Shown: positions 26,976-36,585 of the stretch, in pieces
Layout: each line of letters starts with the position of its first letter
How positions within the stretch are numbered: the stretch's first letter is position 1
Assembly (NCBI GenBank): GCA_031406795.1
Contig: JANOHV010000208.1
Location: forward strand, 1 to 53,457
From: Candidatus Rokuibacteriota bacterium
GTDB taxonomy: Bacteria; JAUVQV01; DATDCY01
Direction: 5' to 3'
DNA: 53,457 nucleotides
Program-made: the position numbers and the translations under genes
The notes under the pieces: model-generated
What the model saw: only the letters and a program-made list of their open reading frames with translations
Databases searched by the model: none
What the model was told of the DNA's origin: nothing

Positions 26976-27365
26976 GTGCCGATCCCGAAAGTGCTGGTCT
27001 TTTCGCGCAAACCGCCGGAGGAGGGGGGGCTGAGCGCCATCCTCGCCGAGGAAGGCTTCCAGGTCGAGTGGACCGACAGCGGGCCATCGGCGATCTGTGA
27101 GGCGCTTTCGGGCAACCTCGCGGCCTGCATTATTTTCGTGAGCCGCAACGCCGAGCGCGAAGTCGATTACATCCCCTGCCTGAACCGGGTCGATCCGAAA
27201 CTGCCGATCATCGTCATCAGCGAGCACGATTCGGTGGAGCTTCAGCGCAAAGTGCGCCGCCACCGCGTCTTCTACTACCTGCTGCTTCCCCTCGACCGGG
27301 AGGAAATCAGCGCGGTGCTGCGCAATGCCGTGCGCACGCCGGTGAAGAAACGCAAGCGCTCCTGA
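26976..27365 (+). CDS. Stand-alone atypical (pseudo) receiver-domain protein
   Basis: AAGGAGG then GTG 26976. CheY-like pattern (ILAEEGFQV, DPKLPIIVIS, VFYYLLLPLDREEI) but lacks the acidic pocket, phospho-Asp and conserved Lys. Confidence 0.7.
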   Translation: MPIPKVLVFSRKPPEEGGLSAILAEEGFQVEWTDSGPSAICEALSGNLAACIIFVSRNAEREVDYIPCLNRVDPKLPIIVISEHDSVELQRKVRRHRVFYYLLLPLDREEISAVLRNAVRTPVKKRKRS

Positions 27366-27377
27366 AGCCCCCGGCTC

Positions 27378-27413
27378 CTGCCATGCTGTCATCAGCGCCT
27401 GACAATTCGTCAG
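27378..27413. promoter_or_regulatory. Paired palindromic sites (putative enhancer/UAS) for the dsr promoter
   Basis: CTGCCAtgcTGTCAT (27378-92) and CTGACAattCGTCAG (27399-413), same motif as at 26788-26825. Confidence 0.6.
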
Positions 27414-27506
27414 CGCCGACGCATCGTGAATGTGAGTGCAGTCACGAGGTGCGGGCACTCTCTGCAAAACCATGGCCTTAGCGCGGTTTTCGACTTTCCC
27501 GGCTGC

Positions 27507-27522
27507 TGGTATGTTTCTTGCT
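27507..27522 (+). promoter_or_regulatory. Sigma54 -24/-12 promoter upstream of dsrT
   Basis: TGGTATGTTTCTTGCT: GG-N10-GC, about 30 nt before the dsrT ATG. Confidence 0.75.
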
Positions 27523-27553
27523 TTTTATTAGAGAGCGATTTGGAGGGGAGAGC

Positions 27554-28033
27554 ATGGGACTGAGCGAGGCGCTGGCTGCGAAGCGGGAAGCGGTTCTGGA
27601 GCGGTGGTTCCAGGCCGTGCTCGCCACCTACCCCGAGGACACGGCGCGCTTTCTCGCGGGCGGCTCCGATCCCTTCGCCAACCCCGTCGGCCACACGGTC
27701 CGCGAGGGGCTCGGTCGGCTCTACGACCGTTTCGCCGCCGAAGTGCCGGTTGCCGAGCTCTCCGCCGCGATCGACGGAATCGTGAGGATCCGGGCGGTGC
27801 AGGAGTTCACCCCGTCGGCGGCCGTCAGCTTCGTCTACACCCTCAGGGGAATTCTCCGCGACGAGCTGACGGACGCTGCGCTCGATCGTCCGGCGCTGAC
27901 CGCGCTGGAAAACGGCGTCGATCGTCTGGCGCTCGTCGCCTTCGACGTGTACATGCAGTGCCGCGAGAAAATCTTCGAGATCCGGGTGCGCGAGATCAAG
28001 GAGTCGCAACTCCTGGCCGCGCGCCTCGGGTGA
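27554..28033 (+). CDS. dsrT: DsrT (RsbRD N-terminal domain protein)
   Basis: DPFANPVG, IVRIRAVQEFTPSAAV, AFDVYMQCREKIFEIRVRE; immediately upstream of dsrM. Confidence 0.9.
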   Translation: MGLSEALAAKREAVLERWFQAVLATYPEDTARFLAGGSDPFANPVGHTVREGLGRLYDRFAAEVPVAELSAAIDGIVRIRAVQEFTPSAAVSFVYTLRGILRDELTDAALDRPALTALENGVDRLALVAFDVYMQCREKIFEIRVREIKESQLLAARLG

Positions 28034-28082
28034 TGAAGCGTACCGGGCAGTTTCCCAGGGGCCAAAAGCGGGGGGAGGGCGA

Positions 28083-29081
28083 ATGAAGCTACTGAGTGCT
28101 CTGGCAGCCGTGGTGATCCTCACGGCAATCGGGCTCGCGGGGGGTAGTTCCGGTGGGCTGCAGCCACTGTTCGGCATCTGGATCCCGTACCTCGCGGTTG
28201 CCATGTTCATCGGCGGCACCGTCATGGCGGTGATCCGCTGGGGACGGTCGCCGGTCCCGTTCCGCATCCCGACGACCTGCGGGCAGCAGCGGGCGCTGCC
28301 GTGGATCCCGAACGACTCGCTGGACAACCCGCATACGACGGGCGCGGTCCTCAAGCGGATGTTCCTCGAAGTCTTCCTGTTCCGCTCGCTCTTCCGCAAC
28401 ACCCGGATGAAGCTGCAGAACGGTAACCTGGTCTACGGATCGACGAAGTGGCTCTGGCTCGGCGCTCTGGCTTTCCATTACGCGTTCTTCACGATCCTGA
28501 TCCGCCACCTGCGTTTCTTCCTCGAGCCGGTCCCCGCGCTTATCGCCGCGATGGACAAGGCGGACGGCTTCTTCCAGGTCGGCCTGCCCTCGATGTACCA
28601 GACTGACGCCGTGATCCTCGCGGCCCTCGGCTTCCTGCTCGCGCGCCGGCTGCTCGAGCCGCAGGTGCGCTACATCAGCTTCGCTTCCGACTTTTTCCCG
28701 CTGCTGTTGATCGGCGCGATCGCGGTCACCGGCGTGCTGATGCGCTACTTCGTGCGGGTCGACGTCACGGCCATCAAACAGCTCGCGATGAGCCTGGCCA
28801 CCTTCTCGCCGGCCGTCCCCGCCGGGGTCGGCGCGCTCTTCTTCGCGCACCTGTTCCTGATCTGCGCGCTGCTCGCGTACTTCCCCTTCTCGAAGCTGCT
28901 GCACGCACCGGGGGTGTTCATGAGCCCGACGCGCAACCTCGCGAACAACAGCCGCGAGGTGCGCCACATCAACCCCTGGAATCCCGATGTCAAGGTGCAC
29001 ACCTACGAGGAGTGGGAGGAGGAGTTCCACGTGCCGATGAAGAAGGCCGGCTTCCCCCTCGAGAAGGAATACAAGGAGTAG
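28083..29081 (+). CDS. dsrM: DsrM membrane cytochrome b
   Basis: PVPFRIPTTCGQQ, EVFLFRSLFRN, FHYAF..IRHLR, YFPFSKLLHAPG, PTRNLANNSR. Confidence 0.95.
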   Translation: MKLLSALAAVVILTAIGLAGGSSGGLQPLFGIWIPYLAVAMFIGGTVMAVIRWGRSPVPFRIPTTCGQQRALPWIPNDSLDNPHTTGAVLKRMFLEVFLFRSLFRNTRMKLQNGNLVYGSTKWLWLGALAFHYAFFTILIRHLRFFLEPVPALIAAMDKADGFFQVGLPSMYQTDAVILAALGFLLARRLLEPQVRYISFASDFFPLLLIGAIAVTGVLMRYFVRVDVTAIKQLAMSLATFSPAVPAGVGALFFAHLFLICALLAYFPFSKLLHAPGVFMSPTRNLANNSREVRHINPWNPDVKVHTYEEWEEEFHVPMKKAGFPLEKEYKE

Positions 29082-29084
29082 ACG

Positions 29085-30689
29085 ATGGCGACGCCGAAAC
29101 CGCAGGAACTCGTCAATACCGTCAAGAGCCAGCCCCCGGCGACGGAGTGGATGGACACGCCGCTGGACTTCCGGCCCGGCACTTTCTGCTATTCCGGTAA
29201 GGAGAAGTTCGTCGAGTACCTCGGCTTCCCCTTTCCGCGCGAGTGGCGGGCGCAGGAGGCCGACTGGAAGCTGCCGCCGAACTGGAAGGAGATCATCCTC
29301 GAGGGGATCCGCGAGCGGCTGCTGAAGTTCCGCTCCTTCCACCTGTTCATGGATATCTGCGTGCGCTGCGGCGCCTGCGCCGACAAATGCCACTTCTTCA
29401 TCGGCTCCGGCGACCCGAAGAACATGCCGGTGCTGCGCGCCGAGCTGATGCGCTCGATCTACCGGCGCGAGTTCACGAAGGCCGGCAAGATCTTCGGCAA
29501 GATGGCCGGCGCGCGCGAGTTGACCCCCGAGGTCATCAAGGAGTGGTACCAGTACTTCTACCAGTGCACCGAGTGCCGGCGCTGCTCGGTGTACTGTCCC
29601 TACGGCATCGACACCGCCGAGGTCACGATGATGGGGCGTGAGTTGATGCACCTGATCGGCGTGAACATCAACTGGATTCTCGAGCCCGCCGCGAACTGCT
29701 TCCGGGTCGGCAACCACCTCGGCATCACGCCGCACGCGTTCAAGGGCAGCATCGAAGGCCTCGTCGACGACGTCGAGAGCGCGACCGGGATCCGCGTCAA
29801 CCCGACCTTCAACCGCAAGGGCGCCGAGATCCTCTTCGTGACCCCGTCGGCCGATGCGTTCGCCGCGCCGGCGATCTTCACGCTGATGGGCTACCTGCTG
29901 CTCTTCCACCAGATGGGGATCGACTACACGTTCTCGGCGTACAACTCCGAAGGCGGCAACTTCGGGCTCTTCACGTCGAACGAGATGATGAAGCGGCTCA
30001 ACGCCAAGATGTACGCCGAGTCCAAGCGCCTCGGCGTCAAGTGGATCCTCGGCGGCGAGTGCGGCCACATGTGGCGCGTGGTTCACCAGTACATGGACAC
30101 GATGAACGGCCCGGCGAACCACCTCGAGGTGCCCAAGTCGCCGGTCACCGGGACTGTTTTCGAGCACGCCAAGTCGACGAAGATGGTGCACATCTGCGAG
30201 TTCACCGCGGACCTGATCCACAACAACAAGCTCAAGCTCGACCCGAGCCGCAACGACAAGTACCAGGTCACGTTCCACGACTCCTGCAACACTGCGCGCG
30301 GGATGGGGATGATGGAGGAGCCGCGCTACATCATCAACAGTGTGATGAACCCCGCCAACTTCCACGAGATGCCCGAGAACACGATCCGCGAACAGACCTA
30401 CTGCTGCGGTTCCGGATCGGGATTGAACACCGACGAACTGATGGAGATGCGCATGCGCGGCGGCTTCCCCCGCGCGAATGCCCTCAAGTCCGTCGTCGAC
30501 AAGCACGGCGTGAACCTGATGGCCACGATCTGCGCGATCGACAAGGCGACGCTCTCGTCGCTGGTGGACTACTGGAACCCCGGGGTCGAGATCGGCGGCG
30601 TGCACGAGTTGCTCGGCAACGCGCTGATCCTGGACGGCGAACCGGAACGCACGCAGAATCTGCGCGGCGAGCCGCTCAAGGAGGAGTAG
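29085..30689 (+). CDS. dsrK: DsrK (HdrD-like Fe-S subunit)
   Basis: CVRCGACADKCHF, CTECRRCSVYCPYGID, GECGHMWR, HDSCN, CCGSG. Confidence 0.96.
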   Translation: MATPKPQELVNTVKSQPPATEWMDTPLDFRPGTFCYSGKEKFVEYLGFPFPREWRAQEADWKLPPNWKEIILEGIRERLLKFRSFHLFMDICVRCGACADKCHFFIGSGDPKNMPVLRAELMRSIYRREFTKAGKIFGKMAGARELTPEVIKEWYQYFYQCTECRRCSVYCPYGIDTAEVTMMGRELMHLIGVNINWILEPAANCFRVGNHLGITPHAFKGSIEGLVDDVESATGIRVNPTFNRKGAEILFVTPSADAFAAPAIFTLMGYLLLFHQMGIDYTFSAYNSEGGNFGLFTSNEMMKRLNAKMYAESKRLGVKWILGGECGHMWRVVHQYMDTMNGPANHLEVPKSPVTGTVFEHAKSTKMVHICEFTADLIHNNKLKLDPSRNDKYQVTFHDSCNTARGMGMMEEPRYIINSVMNPANFHEMPENTIREQTYCCGSGSGLNTDELMEMRMRGGFPRANALKSVVDKHGVNLMATICAIDKATLSSLVDYWNPGVEIGGVHELLGNALILDGEPERTQNLRGEPLKEE

Positions 30690-30692
30690 ACG

Positions 30693-31082
30693 ATGATCTA
30701 CGACAAGGGCAAGATCTTCGCCGGCCTGGCGATCTTCGTCGGCCTGGTCGCGTCGCCGTTCTGGTACAACCCGGTCTTCGGCACGGGGTCTGCCGCGCCG
30801 CCGGAAGTTCAACTGCCGGCGGCGCCCGCGAAATGCGTGCTGCCGCGCGACGAGATGCGGGCCTCGCACATGCAGGTCATCTACGACTGGCGCGAGAAGG
30901 TGGTGCGCGACGGGGCGCGGACGTACCCGCACCCGGACGGTGAGGACCGCCCGATGAGCCTCTCGAACACCTGTCTCGGCTGTCACGAGGGCAAGAAGAA
31001 GTTCTGCGACACCTGTCACGAATACCTCGCGGTCCAGCCGTTCTGCTGGGACTGCCACTTCGACCCGAAGGAGCATGTCTAA
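30693..31082 (+). CDS. dsrJ: DsrJ triheme cytochrome c
   Basis: MIYDKGKI N-terminus; three CxxCH motifs (CLGCH, CDTCH, CWDCH); conserved KCV and HM. Confidence 0.93.
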   Translation: MIYDKGKIFAGLAIFVGLVASPFWYNPVFGTGSAAPPEVQLPAAPAKCVLPRDEMRASHMQVIYDWREKVVRDGARTYPHPDGEDRPMSLSNTCLGCHEGKKKFCDTCHEYLAVQPFCWDCHFDPKEHV

Positions 31083-31105
31083 TGGGCACGGATGAGGGGA
31101 AGGGG

Positions 31106-31888
31106 ATGGACAGACGGGGATTCCTCAAGCTCGCGGGGCTCGGCGCCCTCGGGGCCGCCGGTCTGCCTGCCGGCTGGAGCCTGCTGCAGCCCGGCGAGGC
31201 GCTGGCGTCGGCCCCGGCGGCCGCGCGCGGCGGCAAACGCTGGGCGATGGTCGTCGACATGCGCAAGGGTTGCCCGGATGACTGCCGCAAGTGCACCACC
31301 GCCTGCCACCAGGAACACAACGTCCCGTCGTTCGCCGACGAGACCGATCCCAAGCGGCATGAGATCAAGTGGATCTGGAAGACGGCGTACCACAGCGCGT
31401 TTCCCGGCAACGAACAGCAGTTCGCCCGCGAAGACCTCGAGCACAAGGAGACCGTGGTCCTGTGCAATCACTGCGAGCACCCGCCCTGCGTGAAGGTCTG
31501 CCCGACCCAGGCGACCTACCAGCGGCCCGACGGGATCGTGATGATGGATTTCCACCGCTGCATCGGCTGCCGCTTCTGCATGGCCGGCTGCCCCTATGGC
31601 GCGCGCAGCTTCAACTGGCGCAATCCGCGCGCCGGCCTGCCCGCGAAGGTGCCGAACCCGGCGTACCCGACGCGGATGATGGGCGTCGTCGAGAAGTGCA
31701 CGTTCTGCTCCGAGCGGCTGGACAAGAACCTGCAGCCGGCCTGCGTCGAAGCCTGCACCGAGAAGCTCCTGGCTTTCGGCGACCTGCAGGATGCGGCCGC
31801 GCCGGTGCGCGCGCTGCTCAAGGAGCACTTCACCATCCGTCGCAAGCCGAACCTGGGGACGCAGCCCCAGGTTTACTTCATCATCTAG
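31106..31888 (+). CDS. dsrO: DsrO periplasmic ferredoxin-like subunit
   Basis: Tat signal MDRRGFLK; CNHCEHPPCVKVCPT, CIGCRFCMAGCPYG, EKCTFC. Alternative start at 31082. Confidence 0.93.
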   Translation: MDRRGFLKLAGLGALGAAGLPAGWSLLQPGEALASAPAAARGGKRWAMVVDMRKGCPDDCRKCTTACHQEHNVPSFADETDPKRHEIKWIWKTAYHSAFPGNEQQFAREDLEHKETVVLCNHCEHPPCVKVCPTQATYQRPDGIVMMDFHRCIGCRFCMAGCPYGARSFNWRNPRAGLPAKVPNPAYPTRMMGVVEKCTFCSERLDKNLQPACVEACTEKLLAFGDLQDAAAPVRALLKEHFTIRRKPNLGTQPQVYFII

Positions 31889-31901
31889 GAGGAGGCGGGC
31901 C

Positions 31902-33059
31902 ATGCTGGAAAAAGCGCTCACGGGTAGCACACGGTACCGCGCTTGGGTCGGCGGCCTCCTGCTGGTGATCCTGGTCGGCGTCGCCTGTTACGTCATGCAG
32001 TTCAACGAGGGACTGGGCATCACGGGCATGAGCCGGGATGTCACCTGGGGTTTCTACATCGCCCAGTTCACGTTCCTCGTCGGCGTCGCCGCCTCCGCGG
32101 TGATGCTCGTCATCCCCTACTACCTGCACCACTACAAGGCCTTCGGCAAAATCACGATCCTCGGGGAGTTCCTGGCGATCGGCGCGGTGACGATGTGCCT
32201 GCTTTTCATCCTCGCCGACCTCGGGCAGCCGATGCGCGCGATGAACGTGATCCTGCACCCGACGCCCGGCTCGATCCTGTTCTGGGACATGATCGTCCTC
32301 AACGGCTACCTGTTCCTGAACGTGCTGATCGGCTGGACGACGCTGACCGCCGAGAAGAAGGGGATCCCGTCGCCGAAGTGGATCAAGCCGTTCATCTACC
32401 TCTCCGTGCCCTGGGCGGTTTCGATCCACACCGTCACGGCCTTCCTCTACGCGGGCCTCCCCGGCCGCGGTTTCTGGCTGACGGCCGTCCTGGCGCCGCG
32501 ATTCCTGACCTCGGCGTTCGCCGCCGGCCCCGCGCTGCTGATCCTGCTCGCGATGCTGGTGCGCAAGCTCTCGAAATTCGACCCGGGCCGGGAGCAGATC
32601 CAGACCCTCGCGAAGATCGTGGCCTATGCGCTGCCGCTGAATCTCTTCCTGCTCGGCTGCGAGGTCTTCACGGTCTTCTACAGCAACATCCCCGACCACA
32701 AGCTGCATTTTCAGTACCTCTACTTCGGGCTGGACGGGCATAATGCCCTGGTGCCCTGGATGTGGAGTTCGGTCGCCCTCGGGCTTGCGGCGGCCGTGCT
32801 GCTGGTGAATCCCGGGACGCGGCGCAACGAGACGATCCTGGCCTGGGCCTGCGGTATGACGTTCGTGGCCACCTGGATCGACAAGGGCCTCGGCATGATC
32901 TCGGGCGGGTTCGTCCCGAACCCCCTCGAAGAGATCACCGAGTACTGGCCGACGCTGCCGGAGGGGCTCATCGCCCTCGGCATCTGGGCGATCGGCGCGC
33001 TGATCGTCACCGTGCTCTACAGGGTGGCGATCTCGGTGCGAGAGCAGGAGGCGGCGTAA
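31902..33059 (+). CDS. dsrP: DsrP (NrfD-family membrane subunit)
   Basis: MLEKAL, GMSRDVTWGFYIAQFTFLVGVAASAVM, SIHTVTAFLY; strong RBS. Confidence 0.94.
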   Translation: MLEKALTGSTRYRAWVGGLLLVILVGVACYVMQFNEGLGITGMSRDVTWGFYIAQFTFLVGVAASAVMLVIPYYLHHYKAFGKITILGEFLAIGAVTMCLLFILADLGQPMRAMNVILHPTPGSILFWDMIVLNGYLFLNVLIGWTTLTAEKKGIPSPKWIKPFIYLSVPWAVSIHTVTAFLYAGLPGRGFWLTAVLAPRFLTSAFAAGPALLILLAMLVRKLSKFDPGREQIQTLAKIVAYALPLNLFLLGCEVFTVFYSNIPDHKLHFQYLYFGLDGHNALVPWMWSSVALGLAAAVLLVNPGTRRNETILAWACGMTFVATWIDKGLGMISGGFVPNPLEEITEYWPTLPEGLIALGIWAIGALIVTVLYRVAISVREQEAA

Positions 33060-33166
33060 CGCGGGCGGCAGCAGGCAACCGCGGGCCCCATTCGCCGGAC
33101 GGCGGCGGCTGCGGCCCGCTTCACACGGAAGCACACGGGCAAACAACCCAAGAGGAGGAAGACGGC

Positions 33167-33502
33167 ATGGCGCACATCGAAGTGAACGGCAAGCAGATCG
33201 AGGTCGACGAGGACGGCTACATTCAGCGGCTCGAGGACTGGACCGAAGACGTCGCCAAGTACATCGCGAACGTCGAGCAGGTCGAGTTGACCCCCGAGCA
33301 CTGGGAGATCATCAACTTCCTGCGCAGCTACTACCAGGAGTACAAGATCGCGCCGATGATCCGGATCCTGACCAAGGAAATCGCCAAGAAGATGGGACCG
33401 GAGAAGGGCAACACCAAGTACCTGTACTCGCTGTTCCCCGCCGGCCCGGCCAAGCAGGCCTGCAAGATCGCCGGTCTGGCCAAGCCCGCCGGCTGCGTGT
33501 AG
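33167..33502 (+). CDS. dsrC: DsrC sulfur carrier (both C-terminal cysteines present)
   Basis: GAGGAGG RBS; VDEDGY; GPAKQACKIAGLAKPAGCV gives C-x10-C. Confidence 0.96.
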   Translation: MAHIEVNGKQIEVDEDGYIQRLEDWTEDVAKYIANVEQVELTPEHWEIINFLRSYYQEYKIAPMIRILTKEIAKKMGPEKGNTKYLYSLFPAGPAKQACKIAGLAKPAGCV

Positions 33503-33528
33503 GGCGCGATCGCGGTGTTGGGGCTCCC

Positions 33529-34164
33529 GTGTCGACGTTGCGTCGCTCGGTTCGTGGCCACCTCGAGAGCGGGGATTACGCCCCGGTCCTCTCGCTGGTC
33601 GTTGCCGACCGGGGTGTCGTGCGCGCGCTGGTCTCCCTGCTCTGCGATCCCGACGAGCTGCTGCGGTGGCGGGCGGTGAGCGCTCTCGGCCAGCTGGCCG
33701 GGGCGCACCCGGATCTGGCGCAGCCGCTCGTGGCGCGGCTGTACTGGAGCCTCAACGACGAGTCCGGGGGCATCGGCTGGATGTCGGCGCCGGCCCTCGG
33801 CGAGATCGGCCGCTTCGCGCCGCAGTTGCTCAGCAAGTGCGTCCGGCCCCTCGTCCGCTACCTCGACGAGCCGTTCCTGCTCGCCGGGTCGCTCTGGGCG
33901 ATCGGCCGGCTCGCGCCGGCGTACCCGGCGGAGACGCGGGAGGTTGTCCCCGAGGTTGCGCTTTGCTGCGCCTCGGCCGACCCGGCGGTGCGGGCCAGCG
34001 CGGCCTTCGCCCTCGGCGCGGTCGGGGACGGCCGGGCGCGCATCGCGCTCACGGGTCTTGCCGACGACCAAAGCCCGGCGCGGCTCTACGAGGAGGGACA
34101 GTTGGTGACCAAGCAGGTGCGGGAATGGGCCGGGGAAGCGCTCTCCCGGCTGCGGGCGGCGTAG
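33529..34164 (+). CDS. HEAT-repeat protein, DVU0298-like
   Basis: DPDELLRWRAVSALG, LYWSLNDESGGIGW, DPAVRASAAFALG. Family name is from recall. Confidence 0.75.
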   Translation: MSTLRRSVRGHLESGDYAPVLSLVVADRGVVRALVSLLCDPDELLRWRAVSALGQLAGAHPDLAQPLVARLYWSLNDESGGIGWMSAPALGEIGRFAPQLLSKCVRPLVRYLDEPFLLAGSLWAIGRLAPAYPAETREVVPEVALCCASADPAVRASAAFALGAVGDGRARIALTGLADDQSPARLYEEGQLVTKQVREWAGEALSRLRAA

Positions 34165-34233
34165 ACTCCGCGCCAACGAACCACACACTCCCCGCCGCTG
34201 GTGGCGGGGCGATCTGAAAGGGAGGATGTACAG

Positions 34234-35427
34234 ATGGCGGATCACGTTCACAAGTACAAGACCCCGATGCTCGACGAGCTCGAGAAGGGGCCGTGGCCGA
34301 GCTTCGTGAAGGAGATCAAGCGGGCGGCCGCAAAGAGACCGATGGCCGAAGGTCTTCTCGGGCAGCTCGAGCGGTCTTACAAGGACAAGCAGACCTACTG
34401 GAAGCACGGCGGTCTCGTCGGCATCCAGGGTTACGGCGCCGGCATCATCGGCCGCTACTCGGCCCTCGGGACGGAGTTCCCCGAGGTTGCCGCCTTCCAC
34501 ACGGTGCGTATCAACCAGCCCGCCGGCTGGTTCTACACCTCGAAGGCCCTGCGCACGCTGTGCGACATCTGGGACAAGCACGGCTCGGGTCTGCTCAACG
34601 TGCACGGCTCCACCGGCGACTTCGTGCTGCTCGGAACGACATCGGAGAAGCTCGAGGATTGCTTCACGGACTACTCGAACGCGGGCTGGGACCTCGGCGG
34701 GTCTTCCTCCGACATGCGGACCCCCTCCTGCTGCAACGGCATGGCGCGCTGCGAGTTCGCCTGCTTCGACACGATGGCGCTCTGCCACGACCTGACCATG
34801 ACCTACCAGGACGAGCTGCATCGTCCGGCCTTCCCGTACAAATTCAAGATCAAGATCGCCGGCTGCCCGAACGACTGCGTGGCGTCGATCGCCCGCTCCG
34901 ACCTCTCCATCATGGGCACCTGGAAAGACGAGATCCGTATCGACCAGGCCGAGTGCCAGGCCTACATCAAGGCCGGGATGGACATCGTCGCCGAGATCAC
35001 CGGGATGTGTCCGACCGCCTGCATGACGTGGGACGGCAAGACGATGAAGATCAACAACCACGAGTGCAACCGCTGCATGCACTGCATCAACTTCATGCCC
35101 AAGGCCCTGCGCCACGGCAAGGAGACGGGTGCCACGATCCTCGTCGGCGGCAAGGCCCCGATCCTCGAGGGCGCGCAGTTGGCATCCGTGGTCGTGCCCT
35201 TCATGCCGATGAAGGCGCCCTTCTCGGAGATCAAGGAGTTCATTCAGAAGCTCTGGGACGTCTGGGGCGAGAACGGCAACAACCGCGAGCGCATCGGCGA
35301 GTTCATGCTCCGCGTCGGGGTCGGCAACTTCATGGAGTCCATCGGCGAGGCGCCGAACCCGAACATGGTCATGCACCCCCGCGAGAACCCCTACATCTTC
35401 TACGAAGAGTACTTCGAGGAAGAGTAG
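34234..35427 (+). CDS. dsrA: Dissimilatory sulfite reductase alpha subunit
   Basis: [34 protein letters not shown] and GCPNDC siroheme-Fe4S4 ligands, [12 protein letters not shown]. Confidence 0.98.
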   Translation: MADHVHKYKTPMLDELEKGPWPSFVKEIKRAAAKRPMAEGLLGQLERSYKDKQTYWKHGGLVGIQGYGAGIIGRYSALGTEFPEVAAFHTVRINQPAGWFYTSKALRTLCDIWDKHGSGLLNVHGSTGDFVLLGTTSEKLEDCFTDYSNAGWDLGGSSSDMRTPSCCNGMARCEFACFDTMALCHDLTMTYQDELHRPAFPYKFKIKIAGCPNDCVASIARSDLSIMGTWKDEIRIDQAECQAYIKAGMDIVAEITGMCPTACMTWDGKTMKINNHECNRCMHCINFMPKALRHGKETGATILVGGKAPILEGAQLASVVVPFMPMKAPFSEIKEFIQKLWDVWGENGNNRERIGEFMLRVGVGNFMESIGEAPNPNMVMHPRENPYIFYEEYFEEE

Positions 35428-35490
35428 CTTCCGGCGCTTGTTGCGGAAATCAAACCAACGACGGCCTAACGGCAGGAGGATACAGAAAAC

Positions 35491-36567
35491 ATGGCAGCTG
35501 CCAAGCGTGAGACGGACATCGGCCCGCCCCACTATGAACAGTTTCTGCACCCGGTCATCAAGAAGAACTACGGCACCTGGAAGTACCACGAGACCCTCAA
35601 GCCCGGCGTGATGGTCCACGTGGCCGAGAGCGGCGACAAGATCTTCACCGTGCGCGCCGCCTCGCCCCGCCTCGTGAGCACCGACTTCATCCGCGACCTG
35701 GCGTCCCTCGCGGACAAGCACTGCGAAGGGCACCTGCGCTTCACGAGCCGCAACAACTGCGAGTTCATGACCGGCGAGCAGAAGAACATCGACCCGCTGA
35801 TCGCGGACCTCGCCAAGCTCGGGATCCCGGTCGGGGGCCTGAACAACTCGATCTCGAACATCGTCCACACCCAGGGCTGGGTCCACTGCCACACCCCGGC
35901 GACGGATGCCTCCGGCGTCGTCAAGGTGCTCATGGACGACCTGATCGACTACTTCACGCACGAGAAGCTCCCCGCGAAGCTGCGCGTCGCGCTCGCCTGC
36001 TGCCTGAACATGTGCGGCGCGGTGCACTGCTCCGACATCGCGGTCCTCGGCATCCACCGGCGGCCGCCGAAGGTCAACAACGCCCGCGTCACCGATCTCT
36101 GCGAGATCCCGACGACGGTCTCGTCCTGCCCGACGGCGGCCATCCGCCCTGCGATGGTCGACGGCAAGCAGACCGTGACGGTCGACGAGTCGCGCTGCAT
36201 GTACTGCGGCAACTGCTACACCTCCTGCCCGGCGATGCCGCTCGCGAACCCGATCAACGACGGTGTCTCGATCTGGGTCGGCGGCAAGGTCTCCAACGCC
36301 CGCAGCATGCCGATGTTCTCGAAGCTGGCGATCCCCTACCTCCCGAACAACCCGCCGCGCTGGCCCGAGGTCACCGACGCCGTGCGCAAGCTGGTCGAGG
36401 TCTACGCCAAGCACGCCATCAAGCACGAGCGTTTCGGCGAGTGGGCGAACCGGATCGGCTGGCCGCGGTTCTTCGAGCTCACCGGTCTGGAGTTCACCAA
36501 GTACCACATCGACGACTACAAGCTGGCGCAGAAGACCCTGCGCTCCACCGCGCAGATCAAGTTCTAG
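35491..36567 (+). CDS. dsrB: Dissimilatory sulfite reductase beta subunit
   Basis: [49 protein letters not shown]. Confidence 0.98.
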   Translation: MAAAKRETDIGPPHYEQFLHPVIKKNYGTWKYHETLKPGVMVHVAESGDKIFTVRAASPRLVSTDFIRDLASLADKHCEGHLRFTSRNNCEFMTGEQKNIDPLIADLAKLGIPVGGLNNSISNIVHTQGWVHCHTPATDASGVVKVLMDDLIDYFTHEKLPAKLRVALACCLNMCGAVHCSDIAVLGIHRRPPKVNNARVTDLCEIPTTVSSCPTAAIRPAMVDGKQTVTVDESRCMYCGNCYTSCPAMPLANPINDGVSIWVGGKVSNARSMPMFSKLAIPYLPNNPPRWPEVTDAVRKLVEVYAKHAIKHERFGEWANRIGWPRFFELTGLEFTKYHIDDYKLAQKTLRSTAQIKF

Positions 36568-36585
36568 GCGAAGGAGACGACGACA

